Of a stretch of DNA of 64,000 bases, positions 11,690-23,800 are shown piece after piece (the stretch's first letter is position 1; every line of letters starts with the position of its first letter). Below the pieces are notes generated by a model that was not told the origin of the DNA, ran no database searches, and saw nothing but the letters and a program-made list of their open reading frames with translations. Position numbers and translations under genes: made by a program. The DNA comes from Camelus dromedarius (Eukaryota): assembly GCF_036321535.1 (NCBI RefSeq), contig NC_087443.1:81778001-81842000 (forward strand), given 5' to 3'.

Positions 11690-11955
11690 GATGCTGGGTA
11701 CATGCCATCAGACCTTTGTCCCAACCCCTAGAATGTGCAGCCCCAAGAGTGAACCCTAATGTAGACTACGGACCTTGGGTGACGATGTGTCTGTCGAAGT
11801 ACAGATGATACAAATGTCCCCTTGTGAGGGGTGTTGCTAGTGGGGGAGGCCTGCATGTGTGGGGCAGGGGGCAGAGGGCAGGGAGCCCTTAACCTCACAG
11901 TCAATTTTGCTGTGAACCCAATACTGCTCTAAAAAATGTTTATTAATTAAAAAAC
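11690..11955 (+). mobile_element. L1MC-type 3' end
   Basis: CCAAGAGTGAACCCTAATGTAGACTACGGAC...TCAATTTTGCTGTGAACCCAATACTGCTCTAAAAAA matches the L1MC 3' terminus. Confidence 0.85.
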
Positions 11956-12622
11956 TAAAAAGTGCTTGTTGTCAGAGCTTTGTCATATTGATTTTTAAAA
12001 AAAATGCTCCTAACTCGCAAACACAATGGTTCTATTCCGGATGGTGGCCACCTTCCCTGAGTCAGTGAGCACACTTGCCATGCGTAATCCCGGAATGCTG
12101 AGAAGCCACCGGCAATAGAGGCGCCTTCGTTTAACATTTAGGGTATGTTATCCCCATAGTCCCCCCGATCTGGAGCCTCCCTGCAGACCGCAGGCTCCTG
12201 CGGGCACGGCTGGCCTGTGGCACCCTCGGGTCTGCCCGGCGCCACCAAGGATCCCCAGCGTCGCGCCGTTGGGAACGTCTCTGCAGCTGGGTGACTGTCC
12301 GGCCCCTCTCCTCCTGTCTGCAGTGGGTCACGTCTGCTCTCTAGGAAGAGCTCTGGCTCGGGACAGGTTGCTCTCTCTCCGGTCCTTGCGAATAAGTAAG
12401 ACAACTTCAGCTGCCGGCGGGCGCGCAGCGCGCACTGAGCAGGCCCTTGCTGGGTGGCCTCTTGGGTGCATCAGCAGAAACCCTGCAGCAGAGACCTCAT
12501 CAGGTCCAGGCTTGGTTTCCAGATGCCGCTTTACTGAGCTGGAGGGGAGGACGACTTTGCAGCGCTGTGTGTGGTGTCTGAGCAGAGGTGCAGCCCTCCT
12601 CCTGCCCTTCATCCTGCCACAG

Positions 12623-12725
12623 AGGCCCGAATGGACAAGAGAACGCCTGCTCCAGGAAGAGGAAGCCCGCAGCCAGTGTGCACGTGCAGGTGTCCCCACC
12701 GCCGGCCCCGGGACGTGGCCACAGG
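12623..12725 (+). other. Candidate internal exon (103 nt)
   Basis: Acceptor cctcctgcccttcatcctgccacAG|A, donor AGG|gtgagg; phase-0 frame RPEWTRERLLQEEEARSQCARAGVPTAGPGTWPQ. No homology recognised. Confidence 0.3.
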
Positions 12726-14253
12726 GTGAGGCTCAGGGCACATCTGGACTGGAGAGGCGCCAGGAGACACAGGACCTCTGTTCCTCGTGCCAGCTGGAAA
12801 GGCTGCCCCGTCTGCGGACAGCAGCACGCCCGATGGCGTGCCCGCCACGTGGGAGCGTGTGCTCGGTGCCTCCCCCGCCTCTGTCCCTCCCCACTCTGCC
12901 TCTCCCGAGAGGGGACATCCGTGGCTGTGGGGCCCACATCACCACGATGCTCCCTGGAGAGAGTGGGCTTGGCGTCCAGTCCTTTCCTGACTCAAATCTT
13001 GTGCCCTGCCCCCGCCCCGCCAACCCCGCGTGACATAGGGGTGTGTCCCAAGTGACACAGCTAGGACTGGGGAGTCCAGGCCAGAGAAGGAAGCTCTGAC
13101 CCCAGGCTGGCTTCCAGCGCACGGCCAGATGCCAGGGGGGACAGGCTTTGCACAACATGGCTGCAGGATGGCCACCGAACTCCAATGCAATGATCATAAA
13201 ACTAGATTCAAAACAGCCCTTGCCGATGTTATCAGGCAAGTCCCAAGCCCTGGGTTCATCTCAGGCCAGGAAGCCATTTTAGTATTTTCTTTGACACAAA
13301 CACATGTTTGATACATTCTCAATTTCCAATTTTCTTGAAATTGGAGAAGACATCTAAAAAAATTCCTTCATTGAATCCTTCATTGCAAAATAATTTTATA
13401 TGTTACATTAACTTCCAAAATAACTCAAATGCTGGGTTCTTATGGTGATGTCATAGTTTCTGTAAGAAAAATCAATAGGTTCTTCTTTGACAATCAATGC
13501 TTTGTTGCTCACTTTTAAAACTAAAAGGCTAGTCTTTTTACAGAAATAAGTTCAGGATGGGACCTGGACAGAACAGCCACGACCATAGACCTGGGGACCC
13601 CCCAGGTCACCTGCAGGTTCTCGAGTGCGAGGCCCCTCTGGAGTGGGACGCAGGCCTCGAAGACGCTCGGGCCCTCCCGCGATTTACTGGCGCTCTGCTG
13701 CCTGGGTTTGGCTGTTTGCATCCCTCGAGCCGGCAGCTCTTCTTTTCATAAATTAGATCAAAGCATCTTTCAGAACGTACCGAAAACTGACGAGGGCTGA
13801 CAGTCCTCTCTGGAATAGCCTGTCTTACTTTGAAAAACGCAGCGCTGTGAATCAACCCAAGACGAGTGTGTGGAGATGTCCCCCCGGGGAGTCTCTTGTG
13901 GCTACTCCCTCATTACGACGTGCAGTTTATAGATCTTGAAGCAGATGAGTATTTTAACACAGATTACCGTTTGCAGAGAAGCCTAGACACGCAGGATAGA
14001 ACTTCCAGTCCGCGGGGCTCAGACTCAGTGTATTTGGCTATTCGAGATACCTACCGAGCTTCCCTCAAAGTATTTTTGTGTTTTCATTTTTTAAAAGCAA
14101 TCTCCAAGTCAAAAAAGTCATGCAGTTTGCCAATAAACGGGAACACTGGCAATGAGAGTCATACACATCATTCCGTTCTAGGGAAGGTGACCCTGCTCCA
14201 CGGGTAATCTTCACGAGCCTCTTGTATCCAAGGAACGTACTATTTCTTTGTAA

Positions 14254-14470
14254 ATTTTTTTACTGAAGTACAGTTGACTCATCACTTTGTATCAGTTTCA
14301 GGTGTGCAACATAGTGTTTCGTATTTCTAGAGATTATATTCCATCCAACAATATTACTGAGAGTGGTTAGGTTTCTCTGTGCTGCAGTGTATCCTCGCTC
14401 ATCTATTTTATACATGGATTTACATACTGTTCTAATCTTCGTGACAAACTTGACATTCGTTAACCCCATT
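14254..14470 (-). mobile_element. Cetartiodactyl-type L1 3' end
   Basis: TTTTTTTACTGAAGTACAGTTGACTC...TTTCAGGTGTGCAACATAGTG antisense L1 terminus. Confidence 0.75.
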
Positions 14471-14579
14471 TTGCACACAAACCTAGGGTTTAGTGAAGAA
14501 AGGACAAAAAAGGACGGGTAGCTTGACATTCACTTACCAACCAGAGTGACATCCGTCACTGGGCTGTGCACCGATGCTT

Positions 14580-14965
14580 AAAGCTGGGTCACATCTGACT
14601 GTCTTCTTCGGAAAAGTGTCTATCCAGGTGCTTTGCTCATGTTTGAATTAGATTTTTTTTTTTGCTATTAAGTTGTGGGAGTTCCTCCCCTGTTTTAGAT
14701 ATTAGCCCCAGATCACATATGTGGTTTGCGAGTGTCTTCTCCCACGTCACAGGGCTGCCTGTGTGTTTCGTTGATGGTTTCCTGTGCTGGGCGGCAGTTT
14801 TTAGGTTGATGAAGTCCCACTGCTTTGTTTTTATTTTGTTGCCTCTGCTTTTGGTGTCACAACCAAAAAACCCACTGCCAAGACCAAGGTCAAGGAACTT
14901 ACTCCTTATATTTTCTTCTGGGAGTTTTACCATTTCAGTTCTTACTTTTATGTCTTGAATCCATT
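14580..14965 (-). mobile_element. L1 ORF2 fragment
   Basis: Minus ORF 14637-15071 contains KWIQDIKVRTEMVKLPEENIRSKFLDLGLG...WEKTLANHICDLGLISK, homologous to L1 ORF2 C-terminal region. Confidence 0.9.
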
Positions 14966-15390
14966 TTGAAAGAGAAGGAAATCCTGGCATTTGTGACACC
15001 TTGGATGCACTTGGAAGACATTCTGTTAAGTGAAATAAACCAGGCACAGAAAGACGTATTTTGCCTGACATCGCTTACGTGTAGGAACTGAAGAGCTGAA
15101 TTTAGAGAAACAGACAGCAGAATAGGGTTGCCGGGGGCTGGGGGGAGGGACATGGGGAGATGTTGGTCAGAGGTACACACGTTCAGTTCCAAGATGAGAA
15201 AATTCTAGCACTCTAACACGCAGCGGGTGACTGTCCTTAATAATGGCGTACACTCGGAATTTGCTAAGAGAGTAGATCTGAAGTGTTCTCACCGCACCGA
15301 AAAGGTAACGAAGTGAAGTGATGGGTGTGTTAATTAATGACATTGTGATATACGTATCGTATAGTAATTTGCAGACACACTGCCCCTTCA
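14966..15390 (+). mobile_element. L1MA-type ORF2 end and 3' UTR
   Basis: KEKEILAFVTPWMHLEDILLSEINQAQKD is the L1 ORF2 terminus; 3' UTR block GCTAAGAGAGTAGATCTGAAGTGTTCTCACC. Confidence 0.9.
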
Positions 15391-15830
15391 TTCCTAAGCA
15401 CTTTAGTGTGCATTTCCTTAGAACAAGGACACTCTCTTATACAACCACATCAAAACTGTCAAAATCAGGACATTCTGCATTGATATGACATTATTATCCA
15501 ATTCAAACTCCTTACTCAAGGCTCTTCTGCTGTTCCAATCATGTCCTTCATTCTTATTTCCTTTTTTGCAGCCTGAGATCAGAGCCAAATACATCCCAGA
15601 GCCAGGTGTCTGGCTCCTCATCTAGGTCAAGTCCTCTCAGTTTCACGTCTCATCACTTTAATGTCTTTAAAGAGGATGGAAAGTTATCTTATAAAATGTT
15701 CAGTGTGGGTTTGTCTGATGTATCCTCATGATTAGCTTCAGATTTTGCGTTTCTTGACAGAAATAGTAAGAGCGTGACAATGATTTTGCGTTTTCACCAG
15801 TGGATCAGACAGGTTGGGAGATACTCACAC
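15391..15830 (-). mobile_element. Ancient L1 (L1MC4/5 or L1ME-like) 3' remnant
   Basis: TTTCCTTAGAACAAGGACACTCTCTTATACAACCAC...AAAATCAGGA...CATTGATATGACATTATTATCC matches antisense old L1 3' UTR. Confidence 0.7.
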
Positions 15831-16482
15831 TTCAAATCTAATTCACAGGCAAACATGGTGCCCCCAGTTTCCCTTTCCCCGACCGTGTAATTCCTCTCCG
15901 CCTCCCCCGCCGCCAGAACTCAGCCCGCCACCTGCGCGCTCGCTCACTCAACCCTCGCTTTGCAGGAACGTCCCGGAGGTGCTGCAAAGGGCTCACGCCA
16001 CTGCGTTCTCGCTGCTTTCATTTGCCTGGTAGAACTGTATCCTTCAGAGTTTTAGCCTTTCTGCATCACTGTGTTTTCAGTTGTGTCTTGTGCATGCAGC
16101 CCATGGTTGAGAATTGCTTTCTGAAACAAAGTGGAAGAAACTTCAACAAGGAGCTAAGCTCACTTGCGTTTGTGCATGGCTGTGAGGGTCCCGCTGCGGT
16201 CCTGCCATTTCACATCACGGTCGCTGGAGTTACTCATGCACGTTTGCTATTTTCTCCCCCTCCGTGCTGTGCCTTCTCCACTCTTCATCCATTTCCTTTC
16301 TGTCCCTCTTCCTCTGGCGTTCGCACTGGCCTCTGTTTCGGTCCAGCCGTGCTGCGTCTTCGCGGTCACACAGCCCGAAGTTTCCTTTGTCTTCTGTGCT
16401 CTTAGTATTTTCTCCTCCTCCTTAAAAACCGGTTTTGGTGATCCTCGACAGCCCCTGTACGCCTCACCACAGTCGGTAGGCT

Positions 16483-17400
16483 TCTTTTCTTTCTTTCTTT
16501 TTTTAAATTGAAGTACAGTCAGTTGACAATGTTGTGTCAATTTCTGGTGTACAGCATAAACTTTCAGTCATACATATGCACGCATTTATTTGTTTTCATA
16601 TTGTTTTTCATTATAGGTTACTATCGGATATTAAATATAGTTCCCTGAGCTATGCAGAAGAAACTTGTTTATTTATTTTATGTATAGTAGTTAATATTTG
16701 CAAATCTTGAACTCCCAATTTATTCCTTCCCACCTCCTTTTCCCCCTGGGGTAACCGTAATTTTGTTTACTATGTCTGTGAGTCTGTTTCTGTTTTGTAG
16801 GTAAGTTCATTAGTATCTTTTTCTTTTTTCCAGATTCCGTATATGAGTGACATCCTATGGTATTTTTCTTTCTCTTTCTGGCTTACTTCATTCAGTATGA
16901 CAATCTCCAGGTCCATCTATGTTGCTGCAAATGGTATTATTTTATTCTTTTTTATGGCCGAGTAGTGTTCCATTGTATAAATATACCAGAACTTCTTTAT
17001 CTAGTTGTCTGTTAATGTACATTTAGGTTGCTTCCTTGCTTGCCTATTGTGTACAGTGCTGCTGTGAACATTGGGGTGCAGGTGTGTTTTCAAATTAGAG
17101 TTCCCTCTGGATGTATGCCCAGGAGTGGGACTGCTGGATCATATGGTAACTCTGTAGTTTTTTGAGGAATCTCCATGCTGTCCTCCACAGCAGCTGCACC
17201 AAACTACATTTTCACCAGCAGTGCAGGAGGGCTCCCTTTTCTCCACACCCTCTCCAGCATGTACTGTTTGTGGACGTTTTAATGATGGCCATTCTGGCAG
17301 GTGGGAGGTGGTGCCTCACTGTAGTTTTGATTTTCATTTCTCTGGTAACTAGCAATACTGAGCATTTTCCATGTGCCTGTTGGCCGTTTGTATGTCTTCT
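16483..17400 (-). mobile_element. Camelid-type L1, 3' UTR plus ORF2 end
   Basis: T-rich tail, TTGAAGTACAGTCAGTTGACAATGTTGTGTCAATTTCTGGTGTACAGC, then antisense ORF2 (GCCCAGGAGTGGGACTGCTGGATCATATGG). Confidence 0.92.
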
Positions 17401-19190
17401 TTAAAATAAGCTTACTTTTCCTTCTTCTCTTTTATTTTTATTTCCCTTTTTAGTCTTTAATATTTCCTTTTTGCCAAAATGTGTCTTACTAATATAGTAT
17501 TCTTCCACTCTCATCCCTACCCTGTTAGTTTAGTCTTAAATATCCAATTAAGTATATTAAATAATGATTGTATTCTCAAGCTTCTTCAGTCATAGCTTGG
17601 TTGGATGAAGTCCATCCAACCAAGTAGACTTGAGTAGACTCCTTGAGAAGTGCTCATGAGAACAGCAGTCCTATGATCTTACATGATCAGAGTTGCTATG
17701 CTAGCCTGGACCATAGGCTGCTTTTGGCTGGGTGTAATCCTGGGTTCACACATTCTTTCCTCATATTTATTGAAAAATGTTCCCATTGATGCCTTGAGTT
17801 GTCTGATCCAGGCTAATTTATTTGCCTTGTAGGTTATGTTTATATTTTTTTCCCTTGAGGTCCAGAGGGTTTTTTTTTTTTTTTTTTATAAAGCTTTTAA
17901 AGTGTAATATCCTTATAAGGCTAAGATCTTAAAGCTGATCATTCTGGCTTAATTTTCTCTGGTCCCTATAGGCTCTGATAAAATGTAGACTTATGTCTTC
18001 TTTTATTTCTGGAAAGCATCCGTGAACTATAGGTTTACATATTAGCCACGACCCATTGTTTTGTTTTGTCTTTTGGGGTGAACTCCAATTATACATATGT
18101 TGGATTTTGTTTTGTCTGTCATCCATTTCAGCCACTTTTCCTTGAGCCTTTTTATGTCTTTCCTTCCTTTATTTTCATTTGCTTAGTCATTCTGACTTTC
18201 TCCTATGACTTTTGATAAATTTCTATTTAAATATATTCTTACTCAGGCACTTTATTTACAACTTTGCTTTCATTTCTGATGTGGCAGTATCTTTTTCTTC
18301 CATTTTCTCTGGAATTCAATAAATTTTCATTTGATTTCTCCTAATTTTATTTGTTTTTTTAAATCTTAATGTCTTCTCTTCTGATACCCTCAACTGCTTG
18401 TGTGAGAGTACTTCATATACATTAGAGTGTTGCATTAGTTTTACTCTGCATTTTTTTTATTGGCAGTGCATTCACCAGCTTAAATGCTTTGATTTAAATT
18501 TTCTGTTTATTCCTGCATTTACTTTGGATAGATGAAGACTACTTAAGTCTATTCATATCATGATGGTCTGAAGAATATGGTGCATTCTACATTTTAAGAG
18601 AAACTTCTGTTGTTGTACCAAAGTGTAATTTCTACAATGGATTTTGGGGGGGGCGGGCAGGTGGAAAGGCTGTGTAGCTGTGTTTAACATCTGTTTCATC
18701 TTGCAGAATTCCAAATTTTGCTCACTCGCTTCTTCCTTTCCTTTCCACCACCCAATATCAACAAGTGTCTTTTCTTCAATTTACAGCCTCTTCTTCTCTG
18801 GAAACAAGGCCTTTCTGAGCCCTACTTAATGTAACCACCTTACCTGAGGTCAACACATTGATCCAATAAGATCTTTTTTAGAATTTTTGCTTTTAGGGTG
18901 GGCTTTTATGTTTAGGCCACTTTAGGTACATCTTAGGCCTTTTGAATTCCTCTTTCCTTTCTGTACATTTACCCCACACCCTACTGGTTTCCACAAAGAC
19001 GTGCAGTGCAAGCTTAAGAGTTATCTCCACCACCCTCTGGGTGTTAATTTTCTGCCGCAGCTAATTTGAAGTTTGTAGTGTTGTTTGACTTTTTGTTATG
19101 CAGGTGTTTTATTTCTTTTTACTTTTCTGGACACTGTTTTTGAGGCTGTGGGGAGAGATTCAGGTCAGCTGGCCCGGAAGTGCTGGAATG
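17401..19190 (-). mobile_element. Ancient L1 (L1ME/HAL1-like) 5' half including an ORF1 remnant
   Basis: Minus ORF 17929-18135 (MAEMDDRQNKIQHMYNWSSP...FPEIKEDISLHFIRAYRD) resembles L1 ORF1p (MEDRSRR.NI...FPE.K.D..L.IERAHR). T-rich flanks; boundaries uncertain. Confidence 0.6.
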
Positions 19191-19544
19191 CCATCTATAA
19201 GGAGCTGGGGACGCGCTCCAATCACTTACGCCTGGTTAAACTGTTGTTCAAAGACGAAGATGCAAAAATGGGAAGTGGTGCAGACATCTATGAACTGGTG
19301 AACAACAAGATTCGGTGTATTTGCAGGATGCGATGCCTTGTGGCAGGACTGACGAGGATCACCTCATTCAACCACGGCTGACCCGACAGCAGTGTGCTGG
19401 GTGCCAGCAGCCAGACACACGAGAGTGCAGGCCTTGTGACCCCCATTCAGGTGACAGTCTAGAGCAGATGAAACCAGCGAGGTGACAGAAAGCACACCAG
19501 GCATTGCCTGGGGCTGGATGTGTGGTGGCCCAGAAGCCACATGC

Positions 19545-19715
19545 AAGGGGGCATGATAAACTTTTTGGGGAGGTGGAAATGCTGCTTATCCTGATCATGG
19601 GGGTGGCTACACCGATGTACTTTTGTCAAAACTCACTCAACTGTTCACTTAATGTAAGTGTGTTTTAATACATGCAAATTATACCTTGAAGCAGATTTTT
19701 TAAAAAGGAAGAGAT
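19545..19715 (+). mobile_element. L1MB/MC/MD-type 3' end
   Basis: ACTTTTTGGGGAGGTGGAAATG...TTTGTCAAAACTCACTCAACTGTTCACTTAA...ATGCAAATTATACCT. Confidence 0.75.
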
Positions 19716-20544
19716 GCTTTCAGAAAAACAAAAGCTTGGAGGATTTACTTCCATGAGACCTATACCCCAAGGTACATTATAAGGAAAGGGGGTTCCTGAG
19801 ATTCAAGGAGGTCATCTCAGATAGGGGCCTGGATGTGTTGGGGAGGGAGTGAAGGGCCTCCCTCTAAGGCCTTGGTCCCCTCTGTCCACCGCGCACTTCC
19901 CCTCGGGGCAGCAGAGGTGGACCTGGGGTCCCTGCACCGTCCGTCACTAAGGCCAAGTGGACCGAGCTTTTGTGTAATTACGTGAGGCTGGTGGGCAGAA
20001 GCACCTTGCAAGTGGATGCGTTTTCAAGTCACTGTAGGAGATTTTAGTTGTCAGTTTAAGAAAACAGTGATACAGGAAGGAGATGCTCTTGGGTTCAACG
20101 CGGACACAGTCAGGACGTGCCGGTGCCTGGCGCTGAGGCACCAGCGGCCTGACCGCCCCGACGGGCTTCCTCAGGGAGCATCACCTCTGTGCGTCCTCCT
20201 GGAATGTCTGCTTGACAATAATTCTGACAACTGAGGAGTGAATAAAAATAGAGCTCTCAGGAATGGAAAATCTGTCCTACGAGGGCTTGTGGTGAGCGCC
20301 GATAATAAACCCCTGTGAGAACTGCAGTCCTGGAACAGGATGTTTCATAAACCAGGACAACAGCAGTCAAGGTAATGACGCCAGTGCCACAGAAACGGGA
20401 GAGGTGAGAGGTGAGCGGGTGAAATTCTATGCCTTTTAAATCTCTCCTCCCAGAAAAGTGAGTCAGTCATTACCGAGTCGAATGGAAACTTTATCTAAAC
20501 GGACTAAAGCCGCAATATTTTTCATAATGTTTTCGGTTCTGGGC

Positions 20545-20810
20545 CTAGAGGTCCGAGATCAGGGTGCCAGCATGGCCGGGGTCTGGTGAGGACCCTCTTC
20601 CAGGGTGCGGACGGCTGGCTACTCCTGTGTCCTCCCATGGTGGCTGGAGAGGGTGCCAGAGAGCTCTGTGGGTCTCTTAAATAAGGGCAGGAATCCCACC
20701 AGGAGGCTTCACCCTCCTGACCTAGCACCTTCCAAGGGCTCCCCCAACACCATCACTGGGGGTTAGGATTTCAACCAAAATAGGAATTTGAGGGGATGCG
20801 AACATTCAAT
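20545..20810 (-). mobile_element. MLT1 (MaLR) LTR
   Basis: GGGTGCCAGCATGGCCGGGGTCTGGTGAGGACCCTCTTCC...CATCACTGGGGGTTAGGATTTCAAC...GAATTTGAGGGGATGCGAACATTCAATCC. Confidence 0.85.
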
Positions 20811-23800
20811 CCCCAAGTTCCCACAGCTGTGCACTGGCCTGGCGCCTGGCTCTAGGGGTGGGCAGGCAGTTTGGTTACTGGGAGTCACAGAGGTGGCTTG
20901 TCATGGGGGTGTCACACCGGTACCTCCACTCCGTGACCTGGAGTCCATCAGACCGTTCTCAGGAAGGGTCCTGAGGGCCACGGGCACCCAGCGCTGCCTG
21001 ATCCCTGGAGCTACAGGCTGACAGGTGCTGGGTCTGTGACCAGTGCTGAGGGGCAGGGGGGTTATCAGCCGACTCCACTCCCCACCGTGGCTCTGGCTGG
21101 TGAGCGGGGCTCCCAGACGCTGCTCCTCATGTCAGAACGCTGCAACAGAAGCACACAGAAAGTGGAGTCAAATCCAGAGGGTTGGGGGAGGAGAAGGGCC
21201 AGGGAGCCAGGCCAAGTGGCCGGCCGGCCCTCTGCACCCTGTGTGTACACGGTTCCCTTCTTCCGGGCTGCCTCTCCTTCATGGGCTCAACCTCCTTTCC
21301 AGGCCCAGCCCAGCCGATTCCCCAGACCCTTGGCCCAGTTCTTGCCTCTTCAACACTTGCTCTGCCCTCTCCCATCTCCAGCACTGAAACCACACTGTTC
21401 CATCACACTGTCTAACATGCCTCCTCCAAGAAGTCTTCCCAGATTGACCGTCTCCCTTTCCCCTCTCTCCCCTCAGAACACGGCCGCAGTGCGCGGTGTT
21501 CATGTGCAGTCATTCCCGCAGAGCTCTGCCCTGGGCCCTCCTGCTTGTGCTTACTTTTGTCATGTAGGTGCATTTGCCTGGACTGGGGACTATGAGCTTG
21601 GGGGACGCTCACATGATATTTCTTTTCCCCAAATAATGAGGATGCAAATGATGGAGGTGCCGTTTGGGGAAAGCCCCTGTATTAAAGTTGAATGAGTTGA
21701 CATTTTCCTCACCTGCAGACACATTTGAGCTCAGAGTCAGCCAGGGGCTGGGGGGCTCTCAGAGAGGCACATGTCTGCGATGCATTACCGGGGCCTCTGG
21801 GCAGCCCCAGCCGTCATCCATAACACGGAGATTGATGCTACTCCAGCCGCTGCTGCTGTAATTGCAGAGAACATCCTGTCAAAGGGCAGAACAAACCCAG
21901 CACTTCCTCCTTTTATTGCAAATGACTGTTTGGGTTTTGAACGCATCCCACCGGCTGGCAGGACTTTGTTTATTTTATAAAGCCAGAAAGAAGAGTTTCT
22001 TGACATGCTCTAGTTATCACCGAGAGACGCTCACCACCTGATTCTTCAGTGGCACGGAGGTCCCGGAGGTGCCGCCTGCCTGTCACCACCACTGGCACTA
22101 CGCCCGCAGTGGTGGGACCCTGGTGCTTCGCCAAGGAGGAAGCTTCCCTTCATCCGGGATCTGGGATGTGATTTCCCGAGCAAAGCAGCCAGTTACTCCC
22201 AGCAGCGCAGACGGGAGTGGCATGTCCTTCCAGACTCAGGGAGACACACGGGGTCGCAGTGGGAACAGCGCCCGTCGCCCTAGGACGCCCAGTGGGGGCC
22301 CGATGTTCCGTGGCGGTGCTCTCTGAATGAAACGCGTGGCTTTATCTGTGGACCTCGTCACTGTCACCCAGAACTAATGGTAGATTAGGACCTCAGTCAG
22401 AATGGAATTTGAGTTTCCCAATCTCATTTCCAGGTGCCGTTATTCTCAAACCCAAAAACCTCAGGCTTTGTGGACCTGAGAAAAAAGAGCCTTGGGACAA
22501 ACATTCTTCCATATAAACCCCGCTTCCAGTCACGCAGGCTGTAACCCAGACCCCTGCAGATGTTGTCAGCAGGGTAACTTGACCCACCAGGTACCAGGGG
22601 TCAACACTCTCTACTCCGATATTCAAGTCTGTGGGGCGTGAGGGATGGCACTGACCTCGTTACACAGAGCTGAGCTGGCGACGCCGAGCGGCGGGCCGGT
22701 GACCCCTGTGCTTGAGTGAGGGTAGGGGGACAGCAGAATCAAGCCATCGGCCTGGTGGTAACGGCCCCAGGAGGCTCTGCTGGTTCTGCCGCCAACAGCG
22801 ACACCCTGGGTCGTGGAAATGGACAGCGATCAGGCCCAGGCAGGCCTACTGTCCTTGCTTTTTCGCTTTCATTTTTTAAGGGTTTGGGTGAAATGAAATG
22901 TACTTGTATCTTTACTTTTCTCACTGTGAATGGAAATTAGGTAGCAAAACAAAAAGGTTTACGCGGAGGAATGAACAGTTCCTCCTGAGAGACAAGATGT
23001 GATCATCGCAGTTGCAGTGGCACGAAGGAAGGAGAGGCTTTCCGCCAAGCAGGCTGGGGGGGGGCGGCCGTTTACTTAAGGCCGGAGGCTAGAGAGGCTG
23101 GGAGCCGGGAACTGCCTTCTGACTCATCGTAAAGAAGCAGGCGACGGGAGGCCGGGACCTCTGTCAGGGCCTGTGTGAACGGCCCGGCGTTACCGAGGCC
23201 GCGGGAGCCGGGACCGCCGGCAGGGGCCGGCACGCGTCGGGAGGGGAGAGCAGAGAGCTCAAGACACAGAATGAGGCGCCCAAGGAGGGGAGAGGTTGGA
23301 AGTGTGAAGCCCCCCAGATAGGCCCTGGGGACCACGTGGGGAAGGGTGTTTGCTTCAGGCCGTCGGGTCCTGGGAAAGTGGCGGGTAAGCAGGGACCCAG
23401 ACTAGGAAAGGGCTCAGGCCGTGGATTCAGGATGGAGGCCGGTCTCTGGCATTGGGAGCCCAGTTGGGGGCCACTCCAGGAGAACCAGGCAAGGCCAGGG
23501 CTGGGCCTGGTCAGGGAGGGACCCCCGGTCAGAGGGCCGGCCATCAGCTGGGTTAGCCTAGTGGACCCGCCCCACACTGGGGGCAGGCAGCGGGGAGCCC
23601 CCAGGCCTCCCGCGGGCTGGAAGGAGGCTGGGAGCAGGAGCCACTGGGCTCTTTGCCCAAGGAGGGCAGGCCTTCCTCAGCCCCACTCCCCCATCAGCTT
23701 CTAGAAGGGCAGGCACTGTGGGGTGGTTGTCCCGCTGGAGCGCGCGGGACAGAGGCCTGACGCAGTGCGGTCACTGCTGGTTGTGATCATTCAGTCTTTC

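Noticed and set aside
13866-14207. ORF with DLEADEYFNTDYRLQRSLDTQDR as a coding exon
   Set aside because: No homology recognised and no clear flanking splice signals.
19150-19230. ARID-domain similarity (ARKCWNAIYKELG versus ARRQWKHIYDELG)
   Set aside because: Only a few residues match and similarity stops immediately afterwards.
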